Of a stretch of 51,810 nt of DNA, positions 1 to 11,011 are shown piece by piece (positions within the stretch are counted from its first letter, which is position 1; every line of letters begins with the position of its first letter). Location of the stretch: the NCBI GenBank assembly GCA_947464015.1, contig CANHVE010000001.1, positions 1 to 51,810 on the forward strand, read 5' to 3'. This DNA comes from Saprospirales bacterium. GTDB taxonomy: Bacteria > Bacteroidota > Bacteroidia > Chitinophagales > CAMDFR01. The notes under the pieces are model-generated. The model ran no database searches. It was not told where the DNA came from and was given only the letters and a program-made list of their open reading frames with translations. Made by a program: the position numbers and the translations under genes.

Positions 1-485
1 AAACAAGCAGGTAGTCCAATAATGGCTAAGGCTGTAATTAAATGACGAATATTATTTCGGATATCGATATTCATGGCGCTCATATATTTAGCAAGCGCGA
101 GTGCCGTAGCAAATTTAGCAAACTCAGCAGGTTGAATACCAAATGATCCCACCCCAAACCAGGATTTATTCCCATTCACATCTTTACCAAAAAGTAAAAC
201 GGCAATAAGCAATACAACCGCTATCCCATAGCTAATATAGGCCAGTGTAGTATAAATTTTACTATCGATGAGTAGACATACAATCGACATGATAATACAA
301 ATACCCACCCACATCAATTGTTTTCCAAAAGAGGTATCTAAGTTAAATACTTCTAAGAAAGAGGAGGCCATAATCTCTCTGTAAGATGCAGCATAAATAC
401 TGAAGCATCCAAAAAGCAGTAATACGATATATATACTTACGAGTCCCCAATCAAACTCACTCAGTGGGTTCCTTTTTCTTTCCAT
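1..485 (-). CDS. rodA: Rod shape-determining protein RodA (SEDS family), 5' part; runs off the window edge
   Basis: Not in ORF track. Manual translation from ATG at 485: MERKRNPLSEFDWGLVSIYIVLLLFG...VNGNKSWFGVGSFGIQPAEFAK, a SEDS signature. Overlaps the mrdA 3' end by 29 nt. Confidence 0.93.
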   Translation of the reverse strand, partial: MERKRNPLSEFDWGLVSIYIVLLLFGCFSIYAASYREIMASSFLEVFNLDTSFGKQLMWVGICIIMSIVCLLIDSKIYTTLAYISYGIAVVLLIAVLLFGKDVNGNKSWFGVGSFGIQPAEFAKFATALALAKYMSAMNIDIRNNIRHLITALAIIGLPAC

Positions 486-2316
486 AGCCTCCGGTATTTA
501 ATAAATTAGCTTCAAACATTTTTTTCTCCATTTTCAAACGACTAGTTTCTATAGTGTCGTTCAAATATTTTTCGACCATTAAACTTACAATAGGAGCAGC
601 ATAAGCAGCCCCATAACCACCGTTTTCGATAATTACAGCGATTGATATTTTAGGATTTTTAAAGGGTGCATAGCCTGCAAATAACGAGTGATTTTCGCCA
701 TGAGAGTTTTGAGCCGTACCTGTTTTACCACATAATTCAATACTAGGTATTTGACAAGCATGTGCGGTTCCACTTTCTACTACTCTTCGTAATCCCTCAC
801 AAATAGAGGCATAACAAGCATAGCGAATAGCCGTTTTTACAAGAGGAAATTTAGCTTTTATCACTCCACTATCATTCTCAATTTTTTTAATTAAGTGAGG
901 GGTGATATAATAGCCTTTATTCGCAATTGCAGCGTATGAATTGGCCATTTGGAGTGGTGTTGCTAAAATCTCCCCTTGCCCAATAGCTAATGAAATAATT
1001 GTGGTTGAATGCCATTGACCTTTGCCATATATTTTATTGTAGTAGTTCACAGAAGGCACTCCACCTCCTTTTTCACCAGGCATATCGATTCCTGTTTTAT
1101 GTCCAAAGCCCATATCTTGCATATGCTTCCACCAAATTTGATAGCCGTTTTCAACCGTGCCAAAGGTATCATCGTCGATATCTCTTCTAAACATCGACCA
1201 GAAATAGGGATTACAAGAATATTTCAAACCATCCATCACATTGCCTGCTGAAGGGTGACCGTGTGCGCATTTTAAAAATTTCCCTGGAATATAATAACCA
1301 CCAGCACAGCTCCAACTATAATTTTCATCTACCACTCCCTCGGTCATGGCAGCTAATGCAGTAAAAGGTTTGAATGTAGAACCTGGAGGATACATAGCAG
1401 TTAGCGGCCTATTGATTAATGGTTTTTGAGGATCATTTAATAACTTCATATAATTCTCACCACGCTTTCTACCCGTCAATAAATTCGGGTCGAAACTAGG
1501 ACTACTCACTAGACATAAAACCTCGCCAGTACTTGGCTCTATAGCCACAATACTTCCTCTTTTATTTTTCATCAATTTTTCGCCATATAGCTGCAAGTCA
1601 ATATCGATAGTAGAAGTAAGGCTTTTGCCCGCAATAGGTTTTTGATCTTGTTTGCCATCATCTAAGCTCCCTTGCTCTCTCCCTTTATTATCGACAAACA
1701 TATACGAAAGTCCCATTTGTCCTCGGAGTTCTTCATCATATTGTAATTCTAATGCAAATTTGCCGGCATAATCACCAGGCTCGTAATAGCCATTCGATTT
1801 TTCTATTTGCGATTTATCTACTTCGCCAATATATCCAAAAAGATTTGGTCCGCAATTGTAAGGATATTGACGCATGGTACGTACATTGCCATAGAATCCT
1901 GGGAATTGGCTCATATACTCTTGAAATTTAGAAAAATCTTCAATAGATAATTGACCTAAAAAAACAGAGGATTTATATCTAGAATAGGAGCGTGCTTTAG
2001 ATAAATTTTTAATAAAATCGGCTTTAGTAATAGAAAGGATTTCACAGAATTTAAGCGTATCCATTTCTTTTACGTTTTTAGGATTCACCATGATATCATA
2101 TACCGGAGCATTGTAAACGATCAATTTGCCTTTACGGTCGTAAATCAAGCCACGTGCAGGTTCTATTCGACGGATATCGATGGCATTATTCTTTGCTTGT
2201 TGGTCAAAATCATCACTAATTACTTGAAGATAAAATAGGCGAATAAAATAAATGATCACAACGGATGCAAATATCACTTTAAGCACTAGGGCTCTGCCTG
2301 TAAAAAGATCTTTCAA
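457..2316 (-). CDS. mrdA: Penicillin-binding protein 2
   Basis: N-terminal TM anchor, RGLIYDR dimerization motif, YPPGSTFK (SxxK), SCN, KTGT; upstream of rodA. Confidence 0.95.
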   Translation of the reverse strand: MKDLFTGRALVLKVIFASVVIIYFIRLFYLQVISDDFDQQAKNNAIDIRRIEPARGLIYDRKGKLIVYNAPVYDIMVNPKNVKEMDTLKFCEILSITKADFIKNLSKARSYSRYKSSVFLGQLSIEDFSKFQEYMSQFPGFYGNVRTMRQYPYNCGPNLFGYIGEVDKSQIEKSNGYYEPGDYAGKFALELQYDEELRGQMGLSYMFVDNKGREQGSLDDGKQDQKPIAGKSLTSTIDIDLQLYGEKLMKNKRGSIVAIEPSTGEVLCLVSSPSFDPNLLTGRKRGENYMKLLNDPQKPLINRPLTAMYPPGSTFKPFTALAAMTEGVVDENYSWSCAGGYYIPGKFLKCAHGHPSAGNVMDGLKYSCNPYFWSMFRRDIDDDTFGTVENGYQIWWKHMQDMGFGHKTGIDMPGEKGGGVPSVNYYNKIYGKGQWHSTTIISLAIGQGEILATPLQMANSYAAIANKGYYITPHLIKKIENDSGVIKAKFPLVKTAIRYACYASICEGLRRVVESGTAHACQIPSIELCGKTGTAQNSHGENHSLFAGYAPFKNPKISIAVIIENGGYGAAYAAPIVSLMVEKYLNDTIETSRLKMEKKMFEANLLNTGGYGKKKEPTE

Positions 2317-2358
2317 CTAGTTTTAGATAATATATTTGGTACGGAAAAAAATAGGACT

Positions 2359-2366
2359 CAAAATTA
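2359..2366 (-). promoter_or_regulatory. Bacteroidota housekeeping -7 box for mrdA-rodA
   Basis: Minus-strand TAATTTTG matches TAnnTTTG, about 40 nt upstream of the start. Confidence 0.5.
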
Positions 2367-2399
2367 TAAAAGCTTTAGCATTATTTACTAAAAATCAAA

Positions 2400-3947
2400 C
2401 TAATTAATTTTGATTTCTTCGTTACGTTCGTCGTAGATGATAAAATGCATTAAAGCTAAATTATTATTCGCTTCCATTTTAATCCATTTCTTGTGTTTCC
2501 ACCACCATTGAGCTTGTATCGACCACAGTCCTTTAGTTAGAAAAGCATAAATATAAGGATGCAATTCGAGAGATAGTTTTTTATGAAAGCCTAATAAATA
2601 TTTGATGTTTTTATAAATTTCGTCTGTTACCAAAACGGTCGAATCTACTTTGCCTGTGCCATTGCAGCTGGGGCACGATTCAGACGTAGTGATATTGATT
2701 TGGGGTTTTACACGTTCTCGTGTAATCTGCATCAAATTTAGTTTTGTGAGTGGTTGAATGCTATGCTTTGCTCTATCGCGTTGCATTTCTTCTTTCATCA
2801 AATCATAAATAGCTAATCGATTTGCAGCTAATTTCATATCGATAAAGTCCACCACTATGATTCCACCCATATCGCGCAAACGCAGTTGACGAGCCACTTC
2901 ACGAGCCGCTTCGGTATTTACACTCAAGGCAATACTTTCTTGATTGCCGGTGGTACTTACTTTATGTCCACTGTTTACATCAATAACATGAAGCGCTTCA
3001 GTATGTTCAATCACCAAATAGCCACCACCATCCATACTTACTGTTTTGCCAAATGAAGATTTGATTTGTTTGGTAATACCATATTCGTCAAAGATTTGAC
3101 CTTTCTCGCCAAAATAACTTACAATATTTTTTTTATCTGGTGCAATCTTCACCACATACTCTTCAATATCTTTGCTGATAAGCGCATTATTGCTCACAAT
3201 TCTACTAAAGCTATCGTTTAATAAATCACGTAAAATAGAATTGGCTTTGTTTTGTTCGCTATAAATTTTAGCTGGCGCAACAGCTCCTTTCAATTGTTGT
3301 AAAATATTTTTCCAACTTTCATTTAAGCCGATAATTTCTTCATGCAGAGCACTTGCTGTTTTGCCTTCGGCTAAGGTTCGAACCACGATCGAAAAGTTTT
3401 TTGATTTCAAACTTTCTACTAATACTTTTAAGCGTTTACGTTCTTCGGCATTGGCAATTTTTTTTGATACGCCTACATTATTACCAAAAGGACTAAGGAT
3501 TAAATTGCGCGAAGCCAATGATATTTCACAGGATAATCGCGGTCCTTTACTGGAGATAGGTTCTTTTAAAATTTGAACCAGTACTAAATCTTTTTGCTTT
3601 AAAACATCGGCTATTTTTCCGTCTTTATGAATCTCGCGTTCGTTCTCTAAATCTAAATGAGCTAGTTCGCTATAATTTCCAGCCACTGCATTTCGAATAA
3701 TTCTATTGAGGGTATGTATTTGGGGGCTTAAATCAGAGTAATGCAAAAAGGCATCTTTTTCACTGCCAATATCTACAAATACTGCATTTAATCCAGGAAT
3801 AATTTTTTTGATTCTTCCTAAGAAAATATCGCCTACATTAAATTGATTATTGTTTTTATCTTGGTGTAACTCTACTAGCTTTTTATTTTCTAGTAAGGCC
3901 ACATCCACTCCTTTGGCGGTATTATTTATGATTAACTCTTTTTCCAT
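2400..3947 (-). CDS. Rne/Rng family ribonuclease (RNase G-length, no scaffold tail)
   Basis: S1 domain (VGDIFLGRIKKIIPGLNAVFVDIG), KGPRLS, EALHVIDVNSG, RQLRLRDMGGIIVVDFIDM, CPSCNGTG Zn-link. Confidence 0.95.
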   Translation of the reverse strand: MEKELIINNTAKGVDVALLENKKLVELHQDKNNNQFNVGDIFLGRIKKIIPGLNAVFVDIGSEKDAFLHYSDLSPQIHTLNRIIRNAVAGNYSELAHLDLENEREIHKDGKIADVLKQKDLVLVQILKEPISSKGPRLSCEISLASRNLILSPFGNNVGVSKKIANAEERKRLKVLVESLKSKNFSIVVRTLAEGKTASALHEEIIGLNESWKNILQQLKGAVAPAKIYSEQNKANSILRDLLNDSFSRIVSNNALISKDIEEYVVKIAPDKKNIVSYFGEKGQIFDEYGITKQIKSSFGKTVSMDGGGYLVIEHTEALHVIDVNSGHKVSTTGNQESIALSVNTEAAREVARQLRLRDMGGIIVVDFIDMKLAANRLAIYDLMKEEMQRDRAKHSIQPLTKLNLMQITRERVKPQINITTSESCPSCNGTGKVDSTVLVTDEIYKNIKYLLGFHKKLSLELHPYIYAFLTKGLWSIQAQWWWKHKKWIKMEANNNLALMHFIIYDERNEEIKIN

Positions 3948-4137
3948 TATGTATCAATTACATTACAAATTCATTAGTACATACAATAATTGTATGAATC
4001 TAGTTCAATTATACTGTTGAAGGAGATTGTTGAGTCTAACTAAAATTAGTTAGTGATTACATCGCTTATCAAAAACAGTATGCTTGTTTTTAAAGGTGGG
4101 TTAATAAATAATAAGCGAGTGAAGATGATATTCATCA
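3948..4137 (-). promoter_or_regulatory. Putative structured 5' leader of the rne/rng gene
   Basis: Several inverted repeats: 3980-3986/3990-3996, 4004-4008/4017-4021, 4036-4043/4046-4053, 4062-4069/4111-4118, 4071-4077/4085-4091, 4011-4018/4074-4081. Confidence 0.5.
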
Positions 4138-4171
4138 TAAAACGGAACATAAATACTTATGTTCCGTTTTA
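4138..4171 (-). terminator. Hairpin after bS22 (intrinsic terminator or processing/stabilizing stem)
   Basis: Perfect 15-bp stem taaaacggaacataa/ttatgttccgtttta, 4-nt loop; U-tract short. Confidence 0.7.
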
Positions 4172-4190
4172 AAGATGAGATAAAAAGAAA

Positions 4191-4280
4191 TTATTTCTTT
4201 TTATGTCTATTTTTTCTAAGTCTTTTCTTTCTTTTGTGAGTAGCTATCTTATGTCTTTTTCTCTTTTTACCGCAAGGCAT
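4191..4280 (-). CDS. 30S ribosomal protein bS22 (AURKAIP1/COX24/mS38-like), 29 aa
   Basis: Not in ORF track. Translation MPCGKKRKRHKIATHKRKKRLRKNRHKKK*, matching the Bacteroidota bS22 pattern MPxGKKRKRHKxATHKRKKR. Confidence 0.92.
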   Translation of the reverse strand: MPCGKKRKRHKIATHKRKKRLRKNRHKKK

Positions 4281-4314
4281 GATTTGTAAGTTTTATTCGT
4301 TAAAAAAATTATTG

Positions 4315-5133
4315 TTATTGCTTTAAGTGTTTGATATAGTCGTTGATCTCTTTTGTTAATTCAGGATCTTTTATCAGTTTTTTTGCTTTTTCAAGCGCTG
4401 AAACTGCCGACTTTTTTTCGCCCACATTCTCATATGCTTCTGCTAATAATAAATATGCATCTACATTTGAGGGTTGCAAAGATACAACTTTTTCTAATCT
4501 TTTAATAGCCTTATCAAATTGTTTCGAAACAATACCAAATCTACCTAGGGTGAATTGTGCTTCAGCATTATTAGAATCTTTGGCTACTATATCTCTCAAA
4601 ATGCCTACACCGCTCATTACATCTTGGGTTCCGTCCATATAGCATTGAGCCAATTTGATTTGATAAGAGGTATTTGTAGGGGCTAATTCGGTAGCTTTTT
4701 TGAAGCATGCCAAGGCATTTTGAAATAATAATCCGCTATTTTCGGGACTATTCAGAATCATTGCTGCTTGATAATTTTGATCACCAGCTTTTACCCAAAG
4801 CGCTAATTCATTTTTCTTTTTAGCTAAATCGTATAAATAATAAGATGCCACACCCGAAAACCCAGCTACATTGTATATGTGTGCCACACTATCAATATTC
4901 TTTACGTTTTCAGGATCTTTAAGTAAAGCATTGATAATGGCTAAGGTGTCTTTACTTAGCTGACTATTAACCGTTTTAAGCGTAGCTTCTATATCTGTGT
5001 TAGAGGCAGTAGTCTCCTGTTTAGGGCCTTTTTTTTGACTTAAATCTTTAGGTTTTTTCGTGTTTCCAAATAGATACACTACAACGAGGGCCAGTACGCA
5101 TAAACCTATGGCAAGGTAGTGTTTGTAATTCAT
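4315..5133 (-). CDS. Membrane-anchored tetratricopeptide repeat protein
   Basis: N-terminal hydrophobic helix; TPR-like repeats (AQFTLGRFGIVSKQFDKAIKRLEKVVSLQPSNVDAYLLLAEAY). Confidence 0.85.
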   Translation of the reverse strand: MNYKHYLAIGLCVLALVVVYLFGNTKKPKDLSQKKGPKQETTASNTDIEATLKTVNSQLSKDTLAIINALLKDPENVKNIDSVAHIYNVAGFSGVASYYLYDLAKKKNELALWVKAGDQNYQAAMILNSPENSGLLFQNALACFKKATELAPTNTSYQIKLAQCYMDGTQDVMSGVGILRDIVAKDSNNAEAQFTLGRFGIVSKQFDKAIKRLEKVVSLQPSNVDAYLLLAEAYENVGEKKSAVSALEKAKKLIKDPELTKEINDYIKHLKQ

Positions 5134-5140
5134 TTAGAAA

Positions 5141-5434
5141 TTAGGCTTTAGCTCCTTTATTTTTCTTTACCGCTTCAACAAACGTTTTAGCAGGTTTGAA
5201 AGCTGGAATATAATGTTCTGGAATTTCGATAGCGATATTCTTTTTAATGTTTCTACCGATTTTTTTAGCTCTTTTTTTAGTAATGAAACTACCAAATCCA
5301 CGTACATATACATTTTCGCCTTGTTTTAAAGAATCTCTGATTTCTTTAAATAATGCTTCAATCGATACAAGTACATCTACTTTTGCAATTCCTGTTTTAT
5401 CAGATATTTTGTTCACTAAATCTGCCTTTCTCAT
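5141..5434 (-). CDS. HU/IHF family DNA-binding protein
   Basis: MRKADLV...ENVYVRGFGSF...GRNIKK...IPAFKPAK. Confidence 0.95.
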   Translation of the reverse strand: MRKADLVNKISDKTGIAKVDVLVSIEALFKEIRDSLKQGENVYVRGFGSFITKKRAKKIGRNIKKNIAIEIPEHYIPAFKPAKTFVEAVKKNKGAKA

Positions 5435-5559
5435 ATGCTTCTATTAATATATTAAAGTGTTGAAATAAAATAATTTTATATTTGAATTAATCGCGGTGCA
5501 AAGTTGATAAATCTTTGCGATAAAACAATCATTTTTGTATTTATTTTTTAAATCTTTTT

Positions 5560-6603
5560 ATGACAAAAGAAAAAGAATTGTTTGTTTCAACACTTATTAA
5601 ATGGTCTCGAACCATTGATAGGCCTATGCCTTGGAAGGGAATTAAAAATCCGTACTTCATTTGGTTGTCGGAAATAATTTTGCAACAAACTCGAGTAGAA
5701 CAAGGAATGAATTATTATTTGAAATTTACTAAAGCCTATCCAAAAGTTGAAGATTTAGCCAATGCTCCTATAGAAGAAGTGCTCAAACATTGGGAAGGAT
5801 TGGGTTATTATTCACGTGCTCGTAATTTGCATCATACCGCTCAAATAATTGTAGAAAAATATAATGGAATTTTTCCCTCCAATCATGCAGATATATTATC
5901 CCTAAAGGGCATTGGTCCTTATACTGCAGCTGCTATCGCTTCATTTGCGTACGATTTGCCTTATGCAGTTGTTGATGGCAATGTGATTCGGGTGCTATCG
6001 AGATACTTTGGAATTGATACTGCTTTTGATATTCCAGCAGGAAGAAAAAAATTTGATGCACTAGCTGCTGAAATATTACCAAAGAATCAATCAGCCATCT
6101 ATAATCAAGCGATCATGGATTTTGGCGCAACTGTTTGTAAGCCAGCAGCAGCAGTGTGTTCAAGCTGTGTGATGCAAAAAAAATGCTGTGCTTATCAGCA
6201 AGATAAAGTAGAGCTTTGGCCTATCAAAGCAAATAAAACTAAAGTAGAAACCAAATATTTTAACTACTTTGTTTTAGCCTATAAAAATAAATGCTACATC
6301 AAAAAAAGAGAGAATGATTTTTGGAAAGATTTGTATGAATTTTATCTAATGGAAGATAAACAATTATGGTCTATAGATAAACTAAGCAAGTTCGCCACAA
6401 AAGAGGAATGGCAAAGGACTAAGGCTATCACTTTTATAGATTTAACTCAAAAATTAAGTCACAGGGATATTCAGGCGCGCTTTTTTACCATTGAATTAAA
6501 TAAAAAACCAGCTCTACATGATTTTATTGAGGTTGACAAATCAAATATGTCTAAATTTGCTTTCCCAAAAATAATAAATAGCTATATTGAAAATTATTTT
6601 TGA
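5560..6603 (+). CDS. mutY: A/G-specific adenine glycosylase
   Basis: WLSEIILQQTRV, WEGLGYYSRARNL, HhH LKGIGPYTA, VDGNV, C-X6-C-X2-C-X5-C FeS motif. Confidence 0.96.
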   Translation: MTKEKELFVSTLIKWSRTIDRPMPWKGIKNPYFIWLSEIILQQTRVEQGMNYYLKFTKAYPKVEDLANAPIEEVLKHWEGLGYYSRARNLHHTAQIIVEKYNGIFPSNHADILSLKGIGPYTAAAIASFAYDLPYAVVDGNVIRVLSRYFGIDTAFDIPAGRKKFDALAAEILPKNQSAIYNQAIMDFGATVCKPAAAVCSSCVMQKKCCAYQQDKVELWPIKANKTKVETKYFNYFVLAYKNKCYIKKRENDFWKDLYEFYLMEDKQLWSIDKLSKFATKEEWQRTKAITFIDLTQKLSHRDIQARFFTIELNKKPALHDFIEVDKSNMSKFAFPKIINSYIENYF

Positions 6604-6631
6604 TATATTAGAGTTTTAATAAAAGCAAAAC

Positions 6632-7012
6632 ATGATAAATAAAGTTATTTTAGTAGGTCGATTAGGTAAAGACCCAGAAATTAGAGCCTTTGAAGGAAAT
6701 AGAAAAGTGGCTAATTTCACTTTAGCTACAAATGAACGTTACACAGATAAAAGTGGTAATAAACAAGAAATTACTGATTGGCATAATTTAGCCATTTGGG
6801 GTGCTCAGGCAGAAATAGCAGAGAAATTTCTAAAAAAAGGAATGTTAATCTATATAGAAGGTCGCTTGAAAAGTCGTTCATGGGAAGATAAAGATGGCGT
6901 AAAAAAATATACCACCGAAGTAGTGGTTGATAGTTTTAAAATGTTAGAAGGTCAAAAAGTTGTAGATATATCTCCTACTGGTCCAGAAATAGCTGACGAT
7001 TTACCTTTTTAA
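6632..7012 (+). CDS. ssb: Single-stranded DNA-binding protein
   Basis: INKVILVGRLGKDPE OB fold; C-terminal DDLPF; mutY-ssb-gldE-gldD order. Confidence 0.96.
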   Translation: MINKVILVGRLGKDPEIRAFEGNRKVANFTLATNERYTDKSGNKQEITDWHNLAIWGAQAEIAEKFLKKGMLIYIEGRLKSRSWEDKDGVKKYTTEVVVDSFKMLEGQKVVDISPTGPEIADDLPF

Positions 7013-7047
7013 TTTTACATTTACATTGTTAACTAAATCTACATCAA

Positions 7048-8430
7048 TTGAGTAGCGATATTCCTCCCTCACAATATTTACAATTTATCCAGATTCTACA
7101 AGCGCAGGCTATGTCAGGCTCATTTTCTACTATGTTTTTTGAAATAGTAGCGATTTTTATTTTATTAATCATAAATGGGTTAGTGGCTTCTTCTGAAGTG
7201 GCTTTTTTTGCACTCTCTCCTCAAGAAAAAGAAGAAATCAAAAATGATGATAATTCCCAAAATGATTTAATTCTTAAGTTATTAGCCAATCCACGTTATG
7301 TGCTTTCTACAGTATTAATTGTTATTAGCTTAATCAATATTACAGTCGTTCTTCTTACACATCTAGTTATTGGTCGCTTTTTCCCCGAAGATATGCAACC
7401 ATTAGCTATTGGTTCTTATATCATTAAAGCACATTATATTGAAGAGTTTATCACTATCCTAATTGATATTTTCTTTATTTTATTGTTTGTGGATGTAATT
7501 CCTATCACTTTTGCGCAGAGCAATAAATTACGTGTAGCCAATTTTACAGCTATCCCATTAAATTTTTTAGTGAAAGTTTGCTATCCTTTAAGCTATATCA
7601 TGGTGCATGCCTCCACTTATATCGAAAAGAAAATTAGAAGATATACCGAAATTGATACGGATGAAATTGAACAAGCCATTGAAATGACGGCCGATAAAAA
7701 TACTACTCAAGAAGATATTAAAGTATTGAAAGGCATAGTTCATTTTGGTGAAATTACCGCTCGACAAATCATGCGACCTCGACTAGATATACACGCATTA
7801 GAATATACTTGGACGTTTGATAAGGTTCTTGAATACGTTCGTTCTAGTGGCTATTCACGTTTACCTGTTTATATTGAAAGTTTAGATAAGATTAAAGGGG
7901 TATTACACGTTAAAGATTTATTAAAGTATATAGATGAATCAAATAGCTTCGATTGGCATAGCTTAATTCATGAGGCTTTGTTTATTCCAGAAGGAAAAAA
8001 AATTGATGATTTATTAAAAGATATTCAAGCTACTAGAAAACATTTGGCCATTGTAGTAGATGAACATGGTGGTACTAGTGGAATTATAACATTAGAAGAT
8101 ATTGTGGAAGAAGTATTGGGTGAAATAAAAGATGAGTTTGATGAAGAAGAAGAGTTTACCTCCAATAAAGTAAATGATACTACTTATATTTTTGAAGGGA
8201 AAGTATTGTTGAACGATGTATGTAAAATAATTGGTGCTGATGTGAATGATTTTGAAGAGGTGCGTGGAGAAGCTGATTCATTAGCAGGATTGATTTTAGA
8301 ATTAGCAGGTAAAATGCCCGTAAAAAATGAGGTATATAGTTTTCAAATATATACTTTTAGAGTATTGAATATTGAACAGAATAGAATTCGAAGAATTGAG
8401 TTGAAAATTCTTCCAGCGGATGAAGCATAA
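7048..8430 (+). CDS. gldE: Gliding motility-associated protein GldE (CNNM/DUF21-CBS-CorC)
   Basis: SSEVAFFAL DUF21 TM domain, GYSRLPVY and VVDEHGGTSGIITLEDIVEE CBS pair; precedes gldD; TTG start. Confidence 0.9.
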   Translation: MSSDIPPSQYLQFIQILQAQAMSGSFSTMFFEIVAIFILLIINGLVASSEVAFFALSPQEKEEIKNDDNSQNDLILKLLANPRYVLSTVLIVISLINITVVLLTHLVIGRFFPEDMQPLAIGSYIIKAHYIEEFITILIDIFFILLFVDVIPITFAQSNKLRVANFTAIPLNFLVKVCYPLSYIMVHASTYIEKKIRRYTEIDTDEIEQAIEMTADKNTTQEDIKVLKGIVHFGEITARQIMRPRLDIHALEYTWTFDKVLEYVRSSGYSRLPVYIESLDKIKGVLHVKDLLKYIDESNSFDWHSLIHEALFIPEGKKIDDLLKDIQATRKHLAIVVDEHGGTSGIITLEDIVEEVLGEIKDEFDEEEEFTSNKVNDTTYIFEGKVLLNDVCKIIGADVNDFEEVRGEADSLAGLILELAGKMPVKNEVYSFQIYTFRVLNIEQNRIRRIELKILPADEA

Positions 8431-8448
8431 TTTTGATGATATAAACCA

Positions 8449-9057
8449 ATGGTCATGATAAAAAAATATAGTTTATTTATAGTGTTTGCTATTGTTATAG
8501 TAGTCATTATAAGTTCATGCGAAAAAACATATACTCCGAAACCTAAGTCGTATCCTAGAGTCATCTATCCTGAGCATCGTTATCAGATGTATTCGAATGA
8601 ATTTTGCCCTTTTACATTTGAATATCCAACCTATGCATTTGTCAATAAAGATTCGATGTTTTTTGGAGAAAAATTACAAAATAAATGTTGGTTTAATATT
8701 GAGTATCCTCAATTTAGCGGGACTATTCACGTTACTTACGAAGATATTCATAGCAAAGAAGAGATTGCTAAAATGTTGGATGATGCACATACACTCACCT
8801 ACAAACATTCAAAAAAAGCAGACGCGATCGAACCTATAGAAATCAATAATAAAAATGGAGTGCATGGCTTAATCTATGATGTGGAAGGCAATGCGGCCTC
8901 ATCAGCACAATTTTATGTAACCGATATGGATCACCATTTTTTAAGAGGAGCTTTATATTTTAATGTAAAACCCAATATCGATAGTATGGCTCCAGTGATT
9001 AAATTTGTGAGTAAAGACATGTCGCATATGATAGAAACCTTTAATTGGAAAAATTAA
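8449..9057 (+). CDS. gldD: Gliding motility lipoprotein GldD
   Basis: Lipobox ISSC; YTPKPKSYPR, CPFTFEYP, GNAASSAQFYVTD, HFLRGALYF. Confidence 0.93.
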   Translation: MVMIKKYSLFIVFAIVIVVIISSCEKTYTPKPKSYPRVIYPEHRYQMYSNEFCPFTFEYPTYAFVNKDSMFFGEKLQNKCWFNIEYPQFSGTIHVTYEDIHSKEEIAKMLDDAHTLTYKHSKKADAIEPIEINNKNGVHGLIYDVEGNAASSAQFYVTDMDHHFLRGALYFNVKPNIDSMAPVIKFVSKDMSHMIETFNWKN

Positions 9058-9068
9058 AAATTATAGTC

Positions 9069-9105
9069 AAAAAAAAACGAGTCAATGAATTGACTCGTTT
9101 TTTTT
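9069..9105. terminator. Bidirectional intrinsic terminator between gldD and eno
   Basis: A-run-cgagtcaa..ttgactcg-T-run between convergent genes. Confidence 0.9.
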
Positions 9106-9120
9106 GTTTGCAAAGTTATA

Positions 9121-10413
<1,293 letters not shown>

Positions 10414-10439
10414 CTATTTTTTATTGATAATTAATTGTA

Positions 10440-10447
10440 CAAAAGTA
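10440..10447 (-). promoter_or_regulatory. Housekeeping -7 box for eno
   Basis: Minus-strand TACTTTTG about 30 nt upstream of ATG. Confidence 0.6.
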
Positions 10448-10453
10448 CGAATA

Positions 10454-10948
10454 TTATTTAACTGACTCCAGAAGTTCATTTTTAAGCTTTTCATCAGTCC
10501 AGTTTTGCACTCTAGTAGCGCTGTAAACAAGCTTTTGCTCTTTATTGATCAAGTATGAAGTGGGGTAAGTAAAAATGCCAATATCCTTAAAAGCTTTATT
10601 AGCATGATATATTTTCATCGGTAGCGCACTTGAATTTTTATATTTATTTAAGGTTTCAATGGGTTCTTCAGAAATGAGTATCATATCAATTCCTGCTCGT
10701 TGTAAACTTGCATAAAGAATCACCAAATCAGGCATTTCTTTTATACAGTCGACACACCAAGTGCCGAAAAAATTGATAAAAACGGGTTTTTGTTGGGTAT
10801 TCCAATCAACAGGATTTCCATTTAAGTCAACTAATTCTAAATCGGGGAATGCCACTTTAGGTGGAATATTGTACTTTTTATATTGTACAAAAAAAATAAT
10901 TGCGCCTACCAAGGCCACTACCAATCCTATAATTGTATTTCTTTTCAT
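10454..10948 (-). CDS. TlpA/ResA-like thiol-disulfide oxidoreductase
   Basis: N-terminal anchor; FINFFGTWCVDCIKEMP; YPTSYLI. Confidence 0.88.
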   Translation of the reverse strand: MKRNTIIGLVVALVGAIIFFVQYKKYNIPPKVAFPDLELVDLNGNPVDWNTQQKPVFINFFGTWCVDCIKEMPDLVILYASLQRAGIDMILISEEPIETLNKYKNSSALPMKIYHANKAFKDIGIFTYPTSYLINKEQKLVYSATRVQNWTDEKLKNELLESVK

Positions 10949-10959
10949 ATGAATGCATT

Positions 10960-10993
10960 AAAAAAGCAGTCACACCCAAGGAGTAACTGCTTT
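10960..10993 (-). terminator. Intrinsic terminator of sod
   Basis: Minus strand aaagcagttac...gtgactgcttt (one G-U) followed by U-run. Confidence 0.75.
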
Positions 10994-11011
10994 ATATTAA
11001 ATTCTATAAAA

